Shown: positions 63,380-64,000 of the stretch, piece after piece
Layout: each line of letters opens with the position of its first letter
How positions within the stretch are numbered: position 1 is the first letter of the stretch
Notes under the pieces: generated by a model
What the model was told of the DNA's origin: nothing
The model's input: only the letters and a program-made list of their open reading frames with translations
The model's database searches: none
Source of the DNA: Mesorhizobium sp.
Lineage (GTDB): Bacteria > Pseudomonadota > Alphaproteobacteria > Rhizobiales > Rhizobiaceae
Assembly: GCA_041913465.1 (NCBI GenBank)
Contig: JAYSFJ010000015.1
Coordinates: forward strand, 46,548 to 110,547
Direction of reading: 5' to 3'
Length of the DNA stretch: 64,000 nucleotides
Position numbers and translations under genes: made by a program

Positions 63380-64000
63380 ATGTCCGCCCCAATCCCTTTC
63401 CCGGTCGACCTCTCGGTCAGGCCGGAAGTGACTGCCTTCTTCGACGAGCTGACCAACACGGTGAGCTACGTCGTCAGGGATCCGAACTCGACGTCGTGTG
63501 CGGTGATCGATTCCGTCATGGACATCGACTACGCGGCCGGACGCATCGCCTACCAATCCGCCGACAAGATCATCGAGTTCATCCGCGCCAACGGTCTGAA
63601 GCTTGAATGGCTGATAGAGACCCATGTGCATGCCGACCACCTTTCGGGAGCACCTTACATCCAGCAGAAGCTGGGTGGACAGATTGGCATCGGCGCGAAC
63701 ATCACGATCGTGCAGGAGACCTTCGGAAAGGTCTTTAACGAAGGCACCGAGTTCCAGCGCGACGGATCGCAGTTCGACCGGCTGTTCGATGACGGCGACA
63801 GCTACATGATCGGCACGATGAAGGCCTATGCCATGCATACGCCCGGCCATACGCCGGCCTGCATGACGCATGTCATCGGAGACGCCGCTTTCGTCGGCGA
63901 CACGCTTTTCATGCCCGACGGGGGCTCGGCGCGGGCCGACTTCCCCGGTGGCGACGCGCGCACGCTCTACCGCTCGATCAAGCGGGTGCTGGCGCTGCCT
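63380..64000 (+). CDS. blh: MBL-fold hydrolase, Blh/ETHE1-like persulfide dioxygenase (3' end cut by window edge)
   Basis: My own translation from the ATG at 63380 stays open to 64000. TNTVSYVVRDPNS..AVIDSV, the metal site ETHVHADHLSG and HTPGHTPACM. Absent from the ORF track because there is no stop in the window. Confidence 0.85.
   Translation, partial: MSAPIPFPVDLSVRPEVTAFFDELTNTVSYVVRDPNSTSCAVIDSVMDIDYAAGRIAYQSADKIIEFIRANGLKLEWLIETHVHADHLSGAPYIQQKLGGQIGIGANITIVQETFGKVFNEGTEFQRDGSQFDRLFDDGDSYMIGTMKAYAMHTPGHTPACMTHVIGDAAFVGDTLFMPDGGSARADFPGGDARTLYRSIKRVLALP

Overview
This is a high-GC chromosomal segment (about 63-68% GC in the lines I hand-counted) from an alphaproteobacterium, most likely Hyphomicrobiales/Rhizobiales. 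The evidence is a PhyR-NepR-EcfG locus, GapR, DUF1013, DUF1036-pyk, tkt-gap-pgk-fba order and CTCCCC..GGGGAG intergenic hairpin repeats. I cannot name a genus without a database search.

Gene content from left to right:
- 0-6.8 kb: a compact general stress response (GSR) locus. phyR and nepR-ecfG are divergent, with a receiver-only regulator, a Crp/Fnr regulator and typical EcfG-regulon genes (UPF0391, DUF883, YqjE-like, lipid kinase, PRC-barrel). Seven GGAAC-N16-CGTT/CATT promoter motifs are correctly placed upstream of these genes.
- 6.8-11 kb: Cys-type sulfatase, VOC ring-cleaving dioxygenase, esterase and two YjdJ-type GNAT paralogs.
- 11-19.4 kb: zapA and DUF4164, then tkt-gap-(K+/H+ antiporter)-pgk-fba.
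- 19.7-28.3 kb: a D-hydroxyproline dehydrogenase-like gene and 4-hydroxyproline epimerase, then livHMGF-DUF6867-livJ. The LivG carries an unusual extension of about 190 aa.
- 28.5-51 kb: pyc, LysR, an SDR-type epimerase, MFS, secDF, an orphan HerA/FtsK-like ATPase, gapR, DUF1244, N-formylglutamate amidohydrolase, DUF1036, pyk, GFA, a hydrolase, TPR and rpmJ (41 aa, absent from the ORF track). These are followed by a RelE/ParE-HTH toxin-antitoxin (TA) pair, purEK, two DUF465 genes, ArsR-MFS, MAPEG and DUF1192.
- 51.4-52.4 kb: qor.
- 59.3-64 kb: DUF1013, a YafY-VOC pair, DUF1127, SDR, and a BigR-DUF2892-Blh sulfide-stress operon cut by the window end.

The most interesting region is a block of about 6.8 kb with lower GC (52.4-59.3 kb) between qor and the DUF1013 gene. 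It holds four translationally coupled genes: an unknown 162-aa protein, an 848-aa GT4+RgpF fusion glycosyltransferase, a sulfotransferase at about 45% GC, and a sulfotransferase fused to a coiled coil of about 290 aa. A perfect EcfG-type promoter motif lies upstream, and a truncated methyltransferase abuts the block at the far end. I read it as a candidate stress-regulated glycan-building and sulfating or capping module.

I saw no rRNA, tRNA, CRISPR, transposase or integrase. Many long ORFs in the track are antisense or out-of-frame shadows typical of high-GC DNA and were not called.
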